A stretch of 64,000 nt of DNA. It comes from Candidatus Omnitrophota bacterium. Lineage in GTDB: Bacteria; Omnitrophota; Gorgyraeia; B26-G9. Numbering within the stretch: position 1 is the first letter of the stretch; the number at the start of each line of letters is the position of its first letter. Below the pieces are notes generated by a model. The model saw nothing but the letters and a program-made list of their open reading frames with translations. It made no database searches and was not told where the DNA came from. The stretch covers positions 4,194 through 68,193 of the forward strand of contig JAZDHZ010000036.1 in assembly GCA_043805415.1 (NCBI GenBank), given 5' to 3'. Below are positions 39,601-51,800 of this stretch, piece after piece. The translations under genes were made by a program, and so were the position numbers.

Positions 39601-39868
39601 TTGATGTATCAGCATTTGCCCCATTATCATTAAATATCCCGGCTCCTGATTGCAAAGCCCAGGTTATTTCCGTAGCAGTTCCATTTGTATCCAGCGTCAT
39701 GGTTCCGGTATAATTAGTAACTGTTACATCACTCGCGTCTTTAGCGATTACCGTGATCTGCTCCGGCACACCGGCAATCGCATTGCCGTCATGAATGATT
39801 TTAAAATGATGAAATCCCGCGGCAACTACTTCCAAAACCCCCTTCATAATCATCATCTGTTTTTGCAT
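33695..39868 (-). CDS. C-terminal ~2057 aa of the giant adhesin, as currently framed after the homopolymer frameshift. It has ~8 Ig-like 119-aa repeats, FN3-like modules, DUF11-like repeats and a C-terminal PQQ-type beta-propeller.
   Basis: The repeat signature HF.I.HDG.A.AG...YTG.ITLDTNGT...DTATYTF...DNG.V.L...GDGKTDD continues from the upstream ORF. The C-terminal 600 aa contain YFG..DG.LY/FYAV propeller-like repeats. The apparent start MQKQMMIMKGVLEVV lies mid-repeat. Confidence 0.8.
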   Translation of the reverse strand: MQKQMMIMKGVLEVVAAGFHHFKIIHDGNAIAGVPEQITVIAKDASDVTVTNYTGTMTLDTNGTATEITWALQSGAGIFNDNGANADTSTYTFNSSDNGIVVLTITNTQTQTINISASGSGKTDDNSEGNLIFNPLGLNHFTINHDANAIAGVVENITIIAHDANNNPVANYTGTITLDTNGTAGTIAWSNISGNGIFNDGGPTVDTATYTFAAADNGTVTLGIADTKTESFNISVSGDGKTDDNTEGNISVIPNTLNKFVINHDASAQAGVAENITITAKDAYANTITNYTGTITVDTNGTATTITWSNVSGHGVFNDNGALVDTADYTFSLADNGIVILSITDTTVENLNISANGDGKADDDTEGILVVGAGALDKFIISHDAAAYAGIGELITVKAYDIYANIKTNYIGTITIDTNGSATSIAWALDSGLGVLNDGGASVDTATYNFVAGDNGLVVLMFTDTFAESVDIDISGSGKFDDDTEGNMVVSPSGLDHFKIVHDSSATAGIAENISIYAKDYYNNTQNDYSGTITLDTTGTVTTITWANVFGNGTFIDGGANADTATYTYAPADNGVVSLSLNDTTAEILNISVSGDGKFDDDTEGGLTVNPNVLNYFTISHDGTAVQSVGEEINVTAKDQYGNIKIDYVGTIILDTDGDVNNISWLLHSGAGYFTEGGASVDTAMYTFAQQDNGVASFDLTDNTAQTLNIDVTDSLITDDNTEGVLVVQASSLTVDITANALSSGYIKQGESNKLVLDLTLTNNNVLALDTVKSFTINNSGTIFDAQISAVKLYYDSNNSGEFELGVDSQIGIKTFSSGTATFADLNVNIPIAGTEELYATVDLAGTVTNGATVDLSVPVNGISFEFSPTAEDSVLNSTGSYIVDSVVPGNISGLATNSHNNAISMWSDPQSKDNTVAVSWTPAVDADSGLDGYSVLWDNNPTTIPDNIKDIEQTQNTATSPVLANGNTHYVHIRSVDNVGNWALTAAHLGPFYIDTQAPTATSIYQITEYAGGDYLSVSGNLIYYSGLAYSAFRVCVSASDAASGLKEALFPTTTSTGGVDTTEDAGAYQYLYTYEISSSGANYNNVNAVVYDNAGNTANVPFSVVLDSTAPNFVTTLTSSSHTQGVPSINNDIQFTWSDVTDTQSGVAGYSIIVNTSPTTIPPQYINVDQGQGTYTANDLASGSYYGHIRSVDNVGNWSSTVTHAGPYIIGRGNLTAAVASSKNIVSTDQQFTVTMTVNNTGSSLVNDVDPSVLTVSSTGGATATTSSNPSAQNIDPAGQKQFQWTYTAGASAGTVSFAGYAQGTDTDGIIKSTTVSSNDITIVQKASLTLNVYAAPATVNTNENITIKVTVSNPGQADALNVAPVLIPSGSANPIIDSGPSPTTATIKGGRSKEFIFIGHGSGAGVANFAAGIAQGIDANSNAVLTATQAQDSVTVQSPPSYAMTSSISATPSSVQPSDTITVTMNVQNTGGSILNNITPSSLAVGGSSSDALYATGPIPASIATLGSGATQQFSWTYNAGSTLGIVNFTGHANATETASAASASSDIRILTESAALTSSIAATPSSLLTNATITVTMTVTNTANTGGATAQGVSPSIITIGGTSAAANLLTGPIPLTANIAPQTQQNFIWTYKAGITSGTVNFTGNASGVDSSSQADVSSIANVSANVSISTLNADWIYPTGANVLGPIRSIPIAYWGMENKIYIGSDDNNLYILNGDTHELETSFTTSGKIRGLPYPSTDIDGADLKDIVYFGTVGKTVYGLWADNTLRWNRVMGESLTTTVLYDYVSGVYFGTTANNIYCIDSADGTDAWGAPAAVGGAIESSPAMIYVPTLDYDEIYFGASDGKVYGFKAVDGTGARTFDTGFGSEGAIKTAPTITLQNPSVGSSRRLMLFGTTNGKFYAVNTSNLSSDSADTGWTVNPISVGGAVYSAPWFDTGSRYVFFGSQDGKLYAVSITDGSMKPNFPVDVGSPIDSWPLVENGIVYFGADNGKFYAVDVATGQIVPGWPYDTGAAIKGGAALHLIYNTETWDVQETYVLVGPDSGKIYSFKAVK

Positions 39869-42800
39869 CTCCGCTGACTGCGATATTGATAATCTCTGAA
39901 ACCGTATCAGTCAGCAATAAAGTAACCTGCCCATTATCTGCGCCCGCAAATGTATAAGTCGCGGTATCCACACTTGCCCCGCCATCATTAAACACTCCAT
40001 TTCCCGTGCTAAGCGCCCAGTTTATGGCATTAGCGGTGCCGTCAGTATCAACAGTTATCAAACCAGTATAATCAGTTTTAATATTATTATAAGCATCATA
40101 AGCTTTAATAATAATCGACTCCGGTTGATTCTGTAAAGCAAACCCATCATGGACAATAGAAAAATGGTCGATAATTCCTGGTCCTACATTAAGCATTCCT
40201 TCGGTATCATCATCTGTTTTGCCTGACCCGGATACGGAAATATTTAATTGCTCAAGAGTTGTATCTTGCAAAGATAATACAACCACTCCATCATCCGCTA
40301 AACTATAAACATAAGTAGCTGTATCTACTGATAAACCGCCATCAACAAAAGTACCATTGCCGCTGATTTTTGCCCAGGTTATGGTTGAAACTGTTCCATT
40401 GGTATCCAAAGTAATTTGTTCAGTATAATTTTTTTTCGTATTTCCATACTGATCCTTGGCAGTTATTGTAATTGTATCCAGTATTCCTGCTTGAGCAGCA
40501 CCGTCATGGGCTAGCAAAAAGTGATCCAGCACTGCGGCAGAAACAACAAGATTCCCTTCAGTATTATCATCCGACTTACTATCACCGGTTACCGCGATAT
40601 TCAGACTCTCCGCTGTAGTTGAGGTCAAGGCAAACGTGGCTGTTGAATTATCTGAAGCATTAAACGTATAAGTAGCTGTATCTACTCCCTGTCCACCATC
40701 AGTAAAAATTCCAAAACCGGTTAACAATTGCCAGCTTATTCCAGCGGCAGTGCCATTTGTATCTAAATTAATTTGTCCTGTATAATTAGACACTGTATTA
40801 TTAAAAGCATCCTTTGCTGTTACAGTTACATTTTCGGCAATACCGGCAATAGCCGCGGCATCATGGGTGATCAGAAAATGATCAATCCCTCCGGAAGCAA
40901 TAACTAAATTACCCTCAGTATTATCATCGGTTTTAGCATCGCCGCTGGCAGATATATTGATTGACTCTGCTTTATTGTCAACCAGACTAAATACCGCGGT
41001 TCCATTATCCGAAGCTGAAAAAGCATAAGTAGCAGTATCCACAGATGCTCCGCCCTCTGTAAATATTCCATTGCCTGTTACCTTTGCCCAGGTTATTGCC
41101 GTAGCTGTTCCGGTTGTATCCAAGGTAATTGTTCCGCTATAAGAAGTTTTAATATTTCCATAAATATCCCGGGCTGTCAGAGTAATCTGTTCCGGGATAC
41201 CGGTTATTGCTGATTGGTCATGCTGGATTACAAAATGATCTAGGGCCAAAGATACCGGGATGATCCCCGCTGAATTCAGCACTGTATCTTCTATCTGAAC
41301 GCCATAAACAAAACTTATCCCATTAACCGGAATCTGGATATCCAGCGTATCAGCATCATTAACAGTTTGCGCCAGAGCGCAAACTACAAAAATATCTTCA
41401 GAACCGCTAGCCGGAACACTAATATTTAAACCTGTAAATGTTTTAGTGCCAGAGTTAAACACTCCGGAACCAACCTGATTATCAACACCCGTTGTATAAT
41501 CATTAGAATTATTGCTGTCATAATATAATTTTAATGAAGAGATTTCCGTATCTGATAGCGTTCCGGTATTATTAATCACCAGGGAATTTATTACTCTTGC
41601 CTGGCTGGCAGTATTAGTTACCGTAACATCAAGACTTAAAACATTACTGGCCCCGGCAGCTATCGGAGTTGTGCTAACCGCATTAGCAATCGCGTCCGGA
41701 GGAAGTTCATAATAAATCCGCGCTGGTATCCAATCCAAATATAAATAAATAGTTGTGCTGGGAGTGCTGGCATTAATTCTCACCCGGAAATTAGCATTTG
41801 TAAAATTATCAACTGTCCAGGTTCTGCCCCAAACATCAGTTGGCCCGCCCAGAACATATGTTACTTCTGATGTAATCATATCCGGCGTAATTTTTCCTGT
41901 TGTAGTAAAGCTGGTTCCGCCATCCCAGGAAAGTTCAACCAAACCTTGGGTCAAGCCAGTAGTACTGGACGCATAGGCATCAAGCTGAACCGCAATACCC
42001 AAAATCGTTGACCCAGCCGGAATATTAACCCCATAATTATAGTACTGCTGTGATTGTCCATTGTATGAAGTAGCACGCGAAGCATCATTCGCGTAAGCAT
42101 TTGCAGGGCTGGTAAAATTACCGCTATTAGCTGTTGGCGACAAATACCCGGTATTCAATCCGCCTACTGGATTTATAACTAAATTACTTTCAGTATTATC
42201 ATCACTCTTGCCATCACCGCTAACTAAGATATTTATTGTTTCAGCCGTGCTATCATTTAAGGAAAGCACAACCATTCCATCATCAGCATCACTAAATGTG
42301 TACAAAGCTGTATCAAGTGATGCCCCTCCATCCTGGAACACTCCCACACCAGCGGTTAATGTCCAATCAATCGCTGTCGGCGTTCCATTGGTATCAAGAG
42401 TTATCTGTCCGGTATAATTATCCTTAATATTTTCCCAAACATCTTTAGCATAAATCGTAATTGATTCTCCCAGATTAACAACCGCTGAACCGTCATGGAA
42501 AATTGTAAAATGGTCAATTAGTGACGGTCCGATAATTATATCTCCTTCGGCATTAGTATCATTTTTTCCATCCCCGAAAACCGCGAGATTAATTACTTCT
42601 TTTTTCGTATCAGTAATTGCTAAAACCACAATCCCATCATCAGAGTCAGCATAGGTATATGTCGCTGTATCAACCAAAGCGCCTCCGTCGGCTAATGTAC
42701 CATTGCCAGTTATTTTTGACCAGGTAATTGTTGTCGCTGTTCCATTTGTATCCAAGGTTATTGTCCCGGTATAATTATCTTTGATATTTGAATACAAATC

Positions 42801-45800
42801 ATATGCTCTTACTGTGACATTTTCCGCTACCCCGGCTTCGGCATTTCCATCATGAATAATTACAAAATGATCAATACTGGTCGGGCCGACAATTAAATTA
42901 CCTTCTGAATCATTGTCAGTTTTCCCTCCGCCAAAAACATCAATATCAATATTTTCCTTTTTTGTATCACTAACGCTTAAAACCACAATCCCATCATCAG
43001 AGTCAGCATAAGTATATGTCGCTGTGTCAACCAAAGCTCCGTTATCAGTAAACACCCCATTGCCGGTAATTTTAAGCCAGGTAATCGTTGTCGCTGTTCC
43101 ATTTGTATCCAAGGTTATTGTCCCGGTATAATTATCTTTGATATTTAAATATGAATCATAGGCTTTTATCGTAACAGTCTCCGCTACTCCGGCCTCGGCA
43201 TTACCATCATGATTAACTACAAAATGGTCGATACTGGTCGGCCCAACAATTAAATTACCTTCTGAATCATTGTCAGTTTTCCCGTCCCCGGTTACGGAAA
43301 TATTTAGACTTTCCGCGGTTGTGTCAGTTATCTTTAGTATACATTGACCATTATCTGCCGCTAAGAATGTATACGTAGCTGTATCAACTGATGCTCCGCC
43401 GTCAACAAAAGTTCCCAAGCCAGTAGCTTTAGCCCAGGTTATTGTTCCGGCTGTGCCATTAGTATCCATACTGATCTGCCCGGTATAATTTGTCTTAATA
43501 TTGCCATAGGAGTCATAAGCAACTATTGTTATATTATCCGCAATACCGGCAACCGCGCTTCCATCGTGATTAATGGAAAAATAATCAATCGCTCCTGGCC
43601 CGACGGTTAAGGTTCCTTCTTTATCATCATCAGATTTTCCCGCTCCGCTTACTGATATATTTAAGCTTTCGACTATTGTATCAGTTATACTCAGCACGCA
43701 GGTTCCATTATCACTAGCTACATATGAATATGTTGCTGTATCAGCCAAAGCTCCGCCATCACTAAAACTGCCGTTTCCGGTAATTTTCGCCCAGCTAATA
43801 GTTGTCGCAGTGCCGGTTGTATCCAAATCAATCTGTCCGGTATATGCGGTTAATGTATTATTATTCGCGTCTTTTGCCGCGATTGTTACTGTATCAGCGA
43901 TTCCCGCGACAGCATTACCATCATGCGTAATTGTAAAATGATGCAGGCCCGCGGGATTGAACACAAGATTTCCTTCTGTATTATTGTCAGACTTGCCTTC
44001 TCCGGAAACTGAGATATTTACTGATTCTTCGGAAGAATCAGTAATTGTTAAAACCACTACCCCTAAATCTGAATCATCATACATATAAGAACAGGTATCT
44101 GCATCCGCGCCAGAATCATTAAAAGTTCCATTCCCGGATTGTAATGCCCAGGCAATAGTCCCAGAGGTTCCGGTTGTATCAATGGTTATCTGTCCGCCAT
44201 AACTTGTTAAAGTATCCCCATTAGCATTTTTCGCGTAAATTGAAATACTTTCCCCAATACCGGCAATCGCGTTACCGTCATGGACAATCAGAAAATGGTC
44301 AATCCCGGAAGAAACAAATACTAAATCACCCTCGTTATTACTATCATTCTTCCCGTCACCGGACACAGAGATATTTACAGATTCAGCAGTATAATCAATT
44401 ATACTTAAAATCACGATTCCGGCATCAGCAGGCACAAAAGTATAAGTTGCTGTATCTGCTGAAGAACCCGCATCATTAAAAACTCCTTCTCCGCTGATAA
44501 GTGTCCAGCTGATTGTAGTCACAGTTCCTGTGGTATCAAGAGTAGTCACTCCAGTATAATCATCTTTGATGTTTTCATAAGCGTCATAGGCAGTTATCAT
44601 AACTTGTTCTGATACATCTGTTGTGGCAATCCCATCATGATTAATCACAAAATGATCAATATCTCCAGAAGTAATAACTAAATTTCCTTCTGTATTATCA
44701 TCAGTCACACTACCGGCACTAACCGATATATTAATTGTCTCTGTTTTTGTATCAGTAAGGTTAAACACTGCTGTTCCATTATCCAAAGCATTAAAAGTAT
44801 AAGTTGCCGTGTCTAAGGATGCTCCGTTGTCAGTAAAAATACCATTTCCAGTATTCAGCGCCCAGGTTATTTTGGTCGCTGTCCCGGTTGTATCTAAATT
44901 TATTGTACCAGTATAATTATTTTTTATATTGCCAAACCCATCCAAAGCTGTTATTGAAATAGCTTCGGCATTTCCAGCAATAGCCTGCCCCTCATGACTA
45001 ATCACAAAATGATTAAGTTCTCCAGGAGCAATTATCAGATCCCCTTCACTATCATCATCGTATTTTCCATCTCCGACAGCGATAATATTTAATGTCTCTG
45101 CCTTATTGTCAACAATCTCAAACCTGGCTAAGCCAGTATCACTGGGGTCAAAAGTATAGATTGCTGTACCCGCGCCAGCTCCATTGTTAAAAAACACACC
45201 TGATCCTGAGTCTAGAGTCCAGTTAATATCATCCACAGAACCGTTTGTTCCCAATGTTATCTGTCCGGAGTAATTATTAACTGTATTGCCAAAACTATCT
45301 TTTACCGTAACTGAAATTATTTCTCCCGCACCAGCTATTCCTGAGCCATCATGACTAACTATAAAATGATTCACAAGCCCGGCGGAAACCGTAAGATCAG
45401 TCTCAGTATTATCATCACTTTTACCATCACCGCTTGCTGAAATATTTATTATCTCAGCGATTTCATCACTAATGTTTAATACTACCACACCCGCATCAGA
45501 CTGAGTAAATGTATATATTGCTGTATCTAAACTTACGCCGCCATCATTAAAAACCCCGCTCCCAGCATATTTTGACCAGGTAATTGATTCAGGAGTTCCA
45601 TTAGTATCAACAGTTATTGTTCCAGTATAATCGGTTTTTGTATTGCCATAAGCGTCTTTAGCAATAATCGTAATGTTTTCATCTAAGCCGGCAATTGCCG
45701 CCCCATCATGGCTAATCAAAAAATGATCTAATCCAATATATGTCTGGCGTGTACCGCTGGAGTTTAATACAGCGCTGCCGAGTTTTTTGCCATTAGAAAA

Positions 45801-48800
45801 ACCAATCCCTGAGATCGGAATTGCCACATCAAGCAGTTTTCCTGACGCGCAGGCTGAAGACAAATCAATAACCGCGAATAAATATTGGGTTGCTCCAGCA
45901 GGAATATCAATATTAAAACCTGAAAAAATTTTACTTCCTGAGGAAAAACCGCTATTGCCTACCTGGGTATCTACTTCCGGGGTGTAATCCAAAGAATTAT
46001 TTGAATCATAATACAATTTTACTGCTGAAATCTCGCTATCACTGACTGTTCCTACATTATTTAAGGTAACACTGTTTATCGTTAGCGTGCTCCCTTCATT
46101 ATTCGTAACTGAAACATCAAGAATTAAATTGCCTGTTTGGCCTACTGGGATAGTATCAGTTATTACTGGATTTGCTGTTGCTGTTGCCGCTAAGCCTACG
46201 CTAATAAAAGTCGTTGGTGAATTCTGATTATTATATTCTGTGGCAATCCATTCCGGAGAACGCGCGGTAATTGCGTAGCGTACCTCATCCAACTTTCCAA
46301 GCCAGTATTCCGTGCTATAATTTGACCAGCCAATCAAAGCTGATGTTGCTGTAGGAAATGTTGCGCTATGCGTCCCGGTTCCATGCAGAGCTCCGTCAAC
46401 ATAAAAATAAACCATTGTCCCGACTCTGCGGAAATCAACCTTATGCCATTGACCATCATTATGCGTAGCTGTTCCGCTGGAAGTAATCAATCCATTATGA
46501 TAAACCATGGCCACGCTTTGATTATAAAAACCAAATTGCGGCGCGTAATTATTATGGTCATAAATCGTTGAATATGATGCCGGAGAAGAAATATAATTAA
46601 ACCACGCGGAAATAGTATAATCCCCGGGAGTGCCCACTCCCACCGGACTGGTCTTCTTAAAGTAATCATTACTGCCGTCAAAATCTATTCCTTTGCCGAT
46701 TTTAGCGTCAATCAAATCCGTATTAGTCATGGTTCCGTAAGAAGTCATCGCGTTATTATTGGAAGTTGAATCTTTTTCCTGCGGAGCGGTTGCTGAAGGA
46801 TCATTATTTAAATGCCAGACGCCTTTATATGATGTATCCCATACTCCGCTTTTATTCTGCTGATCACTGGCAGCGCTATTTCCATAATACATATAAATCT
46901 TTGTATCTGCTGATGATAAAAGACTGGGAATTTTTACCCAGGCCACAAGGATTCCGGTTGTTTTATCAAAGCTTTCTATTTCATGATCTAATTTTGTATT
47001 TCCGTCACTGGCAGTAAAAACAATATCAAAACCATCGCTGCGGGCATTATCCCGCAATGCTGTATCTGTAATACTTATCAGTACTGGAAAATTAGTCAGA
47101 TTAGCCATGACTTTTGTCCGGTCAATTGTGATCTCTTTATGAAAAGACCAATTTGCTAGTAAAAACTGAGTGATCACTAAATTGCCTTCAGTATTATCAT
47201 CAGTCATGCCGCCGCCGCTTACCGAAATATTTATTGTCTCCGCGGTTGTGTCGGTCAAATCAAGAGTTACCACTCCGAAATCCGCGGAACCATATGTATA
47301 AGTCGCGGTATCAACACTGGCTCCGCCGTCAACAAAAGCTCCTGCGCCTTGATATTTTGACCAGGTAATTGTTGTCGCGGTTCCGGTTGTGTCAACGATT
47401 ATCGACCCGGTATAATCTGTCTTAATATTATTAAAACCATCATACGCGGCTATCGTAATATGCTCCGGCTGTCCGGTAAAAGCATTATTATCATGAGAAA
47501 TAATAAACTTAGTTAATGCCCCGGGAAGCACCTGCAATAATCCTTCACTATTATCATCAGAAGCACTGCCGGACACAGCAATATTTATTGTCTCAGTAAA
47601 AGTATCAGCCATTGCCAAAACAACAACTCCATTATCCGCAGCGCTAAATGTATAGGAACAGGTATCTGCTGATGATCCGTCATCTACAAATGTTCCGCTT
47701 CCGCTAATTTTCGTCCAATTGATTGTACTAGCTGTTCCATCAGTATCAATATATATGGTTCCAGTATAATCAGTTTTGGTCTGGCCTAATGTATCTTTAG
47801 CCGTAATTGTAATATTTTCATTTGTTCCGGCAATAGCCTGACCGTCATGCGCGATCAGGAAATGATGCAGCAATGCTGTATCAATATTCAGCAGGCCCTC
47901 GCTATCATCATCAGTTTTTCCGCTGCCGCTAATATCAATATCAATATTTTCCACCACATTATCCGTTATTGCCAGGGTTACTACCCCATTATCTAAAGCG
48001 GAAAATGTATATACAGCTGTATCCACAGCTGTACCGCCGTCATTAAATGTCCCATTACCGCTTATCTTAGCCCAGCTGATTGCCGCGGGAGTTCCGCTGG
48101 TATCGATTGTTATGGTTCCAGTATAATCTGTCTTTATCTGACCAATACTGTTTAATGCCGTAATCGTAACAGTTTCCGCTACCCCGGCATTACCCGCTCC
48201 ATCATGTACTACCCGAAAAGACCAAATAATCGCAGGCCCAACCACTAAATTTCCCTCAGCATTATTATCAATTTTTCCATCGCCGGAAACTGAAATATTA
48301 ATTGATTCCGCTGTAATATCAGTTATCGCGAAAACCGCGATGCCATTATCTGCTGAATCAAAAGCATATGTCGCGGTATCGACACTTTCTCCATTATCAT
48401 TAAATATGCCATTGCCTGTTGTTTTTGCCCAGCTGATTGCTGATGCCGTGCCATCTGTATCTAAAGTAATTGTTCCGCTATAATCACTTTTTGTATTGCC
48501 ATAGATGTCTTTTGCTGTCACTGTTACTTGCTCGGAAACTCCGGATGATGCCGCATTATCATGGCTTATCAGAAAATAATCAATTGCCGCGGCACTGACC
48601 ACCATTGTCCCTTCAGCATCAGTATCAGTTTTTCCCTCAGCACTGGCATCAATATCAATTGTTTCTTTTTTTGTATCCGTAATACTCAAAACAACAGCAC
48701 CCGCGTCAGAAAGCACAAAACCATATGTCGCGGTATCAACCGAACTGTCTCCGTCAGTAAGCACGCCATTTCCGCTTATTTTCGCCCAGCTGATTGTTGT

Positions 48801-51800
48801 CGCCGTGCCATTAGTATCCACAGTCATTGTCCCGGCATAATCGGTTTTAATATTATTATAAATATCATACGCGATAATCGTAACATTATCCGCTATGCCG
48901 GCTATGGCTTGAGCATCATGGCCAACAATAAAATGATCCAAAGCTGTTGGAGCAATCACTAGATTTCCTTCAATATCATTATCATGAATCCCTGAATCAT
49001 CAACCAAAATATTCAGCGTTTCGGCTTTAGTATCCTTAATAGTAAATATAGCCACACCATTATCATTGGGATTAAAAGTGTATTGAGCTGTATCAACGCT
49101 TGCCCCGCCTTCGCTAAAAGTTCCCAGTCCAGTACTAATCGTCCAGGAAATAGTTGTCGGAGTACCATTTGTATCAAGATTAATCGTGCCCACATAATCA
49201 GTTTTTGTCTGACCATTTGTATCTTTTGCTGTGACTTTTACGTTTTCTTTAACCCCGGCAACTCCGGCATTATCATGTTCAATAACAAACCAGCCTAAAG
49301 CAGTTGTCGAAACAACCAATGTTCCTTCAGCATCATCATCACTATGCGTTCCATCAGTTACCTCAATATCCAGATTATTTGCCGCGCTGCATGTAAGCTG
49401 CAAAACAACAACCCCATTATCCGCGGCATTAAAAGTATAAGTCGCGGAATCATTATCAACCCCATTATCCACAAAACTACCGCTGCCGCTAACCAATGTC
49501 CAGGTAATCTGGTTTGTTTCATTTAAAGTACTCAGTGTTATCTGCCCGGTAAAATCATTAACCGTACAATTGGTAATATTTTTCGCTGTAATTGTTATGG
49601 TTTCCAAAGTATTAATCAATGCTGAGCCATCATGCGTAATCACAAAATGATCTATTGCTGTATCAATAGTAAAAGTATCATTAGTATCATTAAGCATAAT
49701 ATTTCCGGCAATATCCTTTGCCGCGCTTATTGCTATTGCTGCTGTCCCATCTCCTGTAGCACTATTTATCGCGCTGCTATTATAGACAGTATATGTATCA
49801 TTCGGATTATTCGTGGTTGACCAATAACCATTAAGACTCGCGTTCTGCACGCCGGTTGCTCCGCTAGGATCATAAGTTACAATCGGATTTGTGCCGGTAT
49901 CCATTGACTCGGAAAAAAGCAGAGTAAATGTTAACTCTCCTGGCGCCCGGTGACCGCTGGGATCAGGCAAAACTCCCACACTTACTGTGGGCTTTGTTGA
50001 ATCAAATATAAAAGTAAATAATGTCGCCGCCGGTTCACTATAATGTCCCAAAGCATCAAAAGTCCGTACGCGCAAATAGTAAGTAGTACCTTCATTAGCA
50101 TCAGAAATAACATTATACTGCGCTGTAGCTTGTTCCTGAACTGTTGCCGGATTACCTTCAGGATTAATTCCCCAATAAACTGAATAACCGCTGACTCCTT
50201 GTCCATTGCCGTCAGCAGCTCCGGTCCATTCAAAATAAGGAGTTGAGTCAATTCCCTGCGGAGTATTATCCGAAATAAGCGTGTTTTTTGACGCGGAATC
50301 CCAGGCATTACACGGAATAGCAGGATTTAGCGGAGCAGTGGCATCATATTTAAAAGTAAACAAAGTAACCGGAGTGCTATAATGATTCAGATTATCAAAA
50401 GTTCTTATCCTTAAATAATAAGTACCATCTCCCATAGGAGTACTAACTTCATAATTCGCATTGCCCTGTTCTTGGTTAGTTCCAGGTGCTCCATTTATAT
50501 CAGTGCCCCAATAAACAGAATAACCGCTTAGTCCTGAACCACCGCTGTCATTGGCTCCGGTCCATTCAAAATATGGAGTATCATCCGCTTCCTGCCAGGT
50601 ATTATTACTGATCGGATTTATTTTTAAATTTGTTTGCCATGCCGCACAAGGGATATCTGGATTTAAAGGAGCGCCAACATCATAGCGAAAAGTGAACAGA
50701 GTTATCGGTTCACTGTAATTTCCGATAACATCAAAAGTTCTGACTCTTAGAAAATATACACCGTCTTCAGTTCCGGAAGAAACATTATAATTGCTAGCAG
50801 TCTGGCCTTGAGTCAAGCCTGGTTCGCCGTTCGCGTCATTTCCCCAGTAAACAGAATAACCGCTGACTCCTGTGCCGCCCGTATCAGTTGCTCCTGTCCA
50901 TTCAAAATAAGGAGTATTATCTGATTCCTGCCATGTATCATTAGATATTGGGTTTATTTTACTGCTGGAATCCCATGCGCTGCAAGGTAGCGTAGGATTA
51001 ATCGGAATAGTAGTATCAATAAAAAAAGTATCATTCCCATCCGCGACCATGATATTAGCAGCTAAATCCTGCGCGGCACTCACGCTAACTACCGCGGGGC
51101 CGTCTCCGGTTTGGGCGGTTATTGCATTATCATTATATACGGTATAAGTATCATTCATTTCCGAAGTAGTTGACCAGATGCCCCCGGTACACGGCTGAGC
51201 CAGGGTGTCTCCTTGCGGATCATAAGTTACCGACGGAGTAACTCCTGTATTCATTGTCTCGCTGAATACCAGCTTTATTTCCAGAGAACCTGATGAAATC
51301 TCCCCTACCGGGTTGGGCGTAACACTTATATTTACCGTGGGTTTAATATAATCTGCCGGCCTTCTGATCGCGAAAAGTTCCACATCCTTGGAATATACCG
51401 TTCCTCCACTGGCACGGTGCCATGCCTTTACTTCATGCTGGTTGGCATCAAAGTTAACAATAGCCATATAATTGGCATTCATATAATCCGTCAAATCTTT
51501 ATAGTCTCTGTATTCAGTTGCCTGTATAACATCTGTTGCCGGATCAGCCGCGTCATGCGAAAATTCGTGGTATTGTAGGTAAGAAAGACTGCTTGTCCGT
51601 CCAAATGCCTGGCCGATAATCAGATACTCTCCAGGAGTATCTGCCGGGATTGTTGCCGTAGCCAAAAGCTGGTTTGATGTTGAGGCTGTAGAAGCTTGTG
51701 AGCTTGCGTACTGTTGATCCAAAAAGAAATCATATATTCCGGACAACCGCATAGCAAATATTCTCTGTTTACGGATAGTGCCACTAGTCGCGTCATCCAT

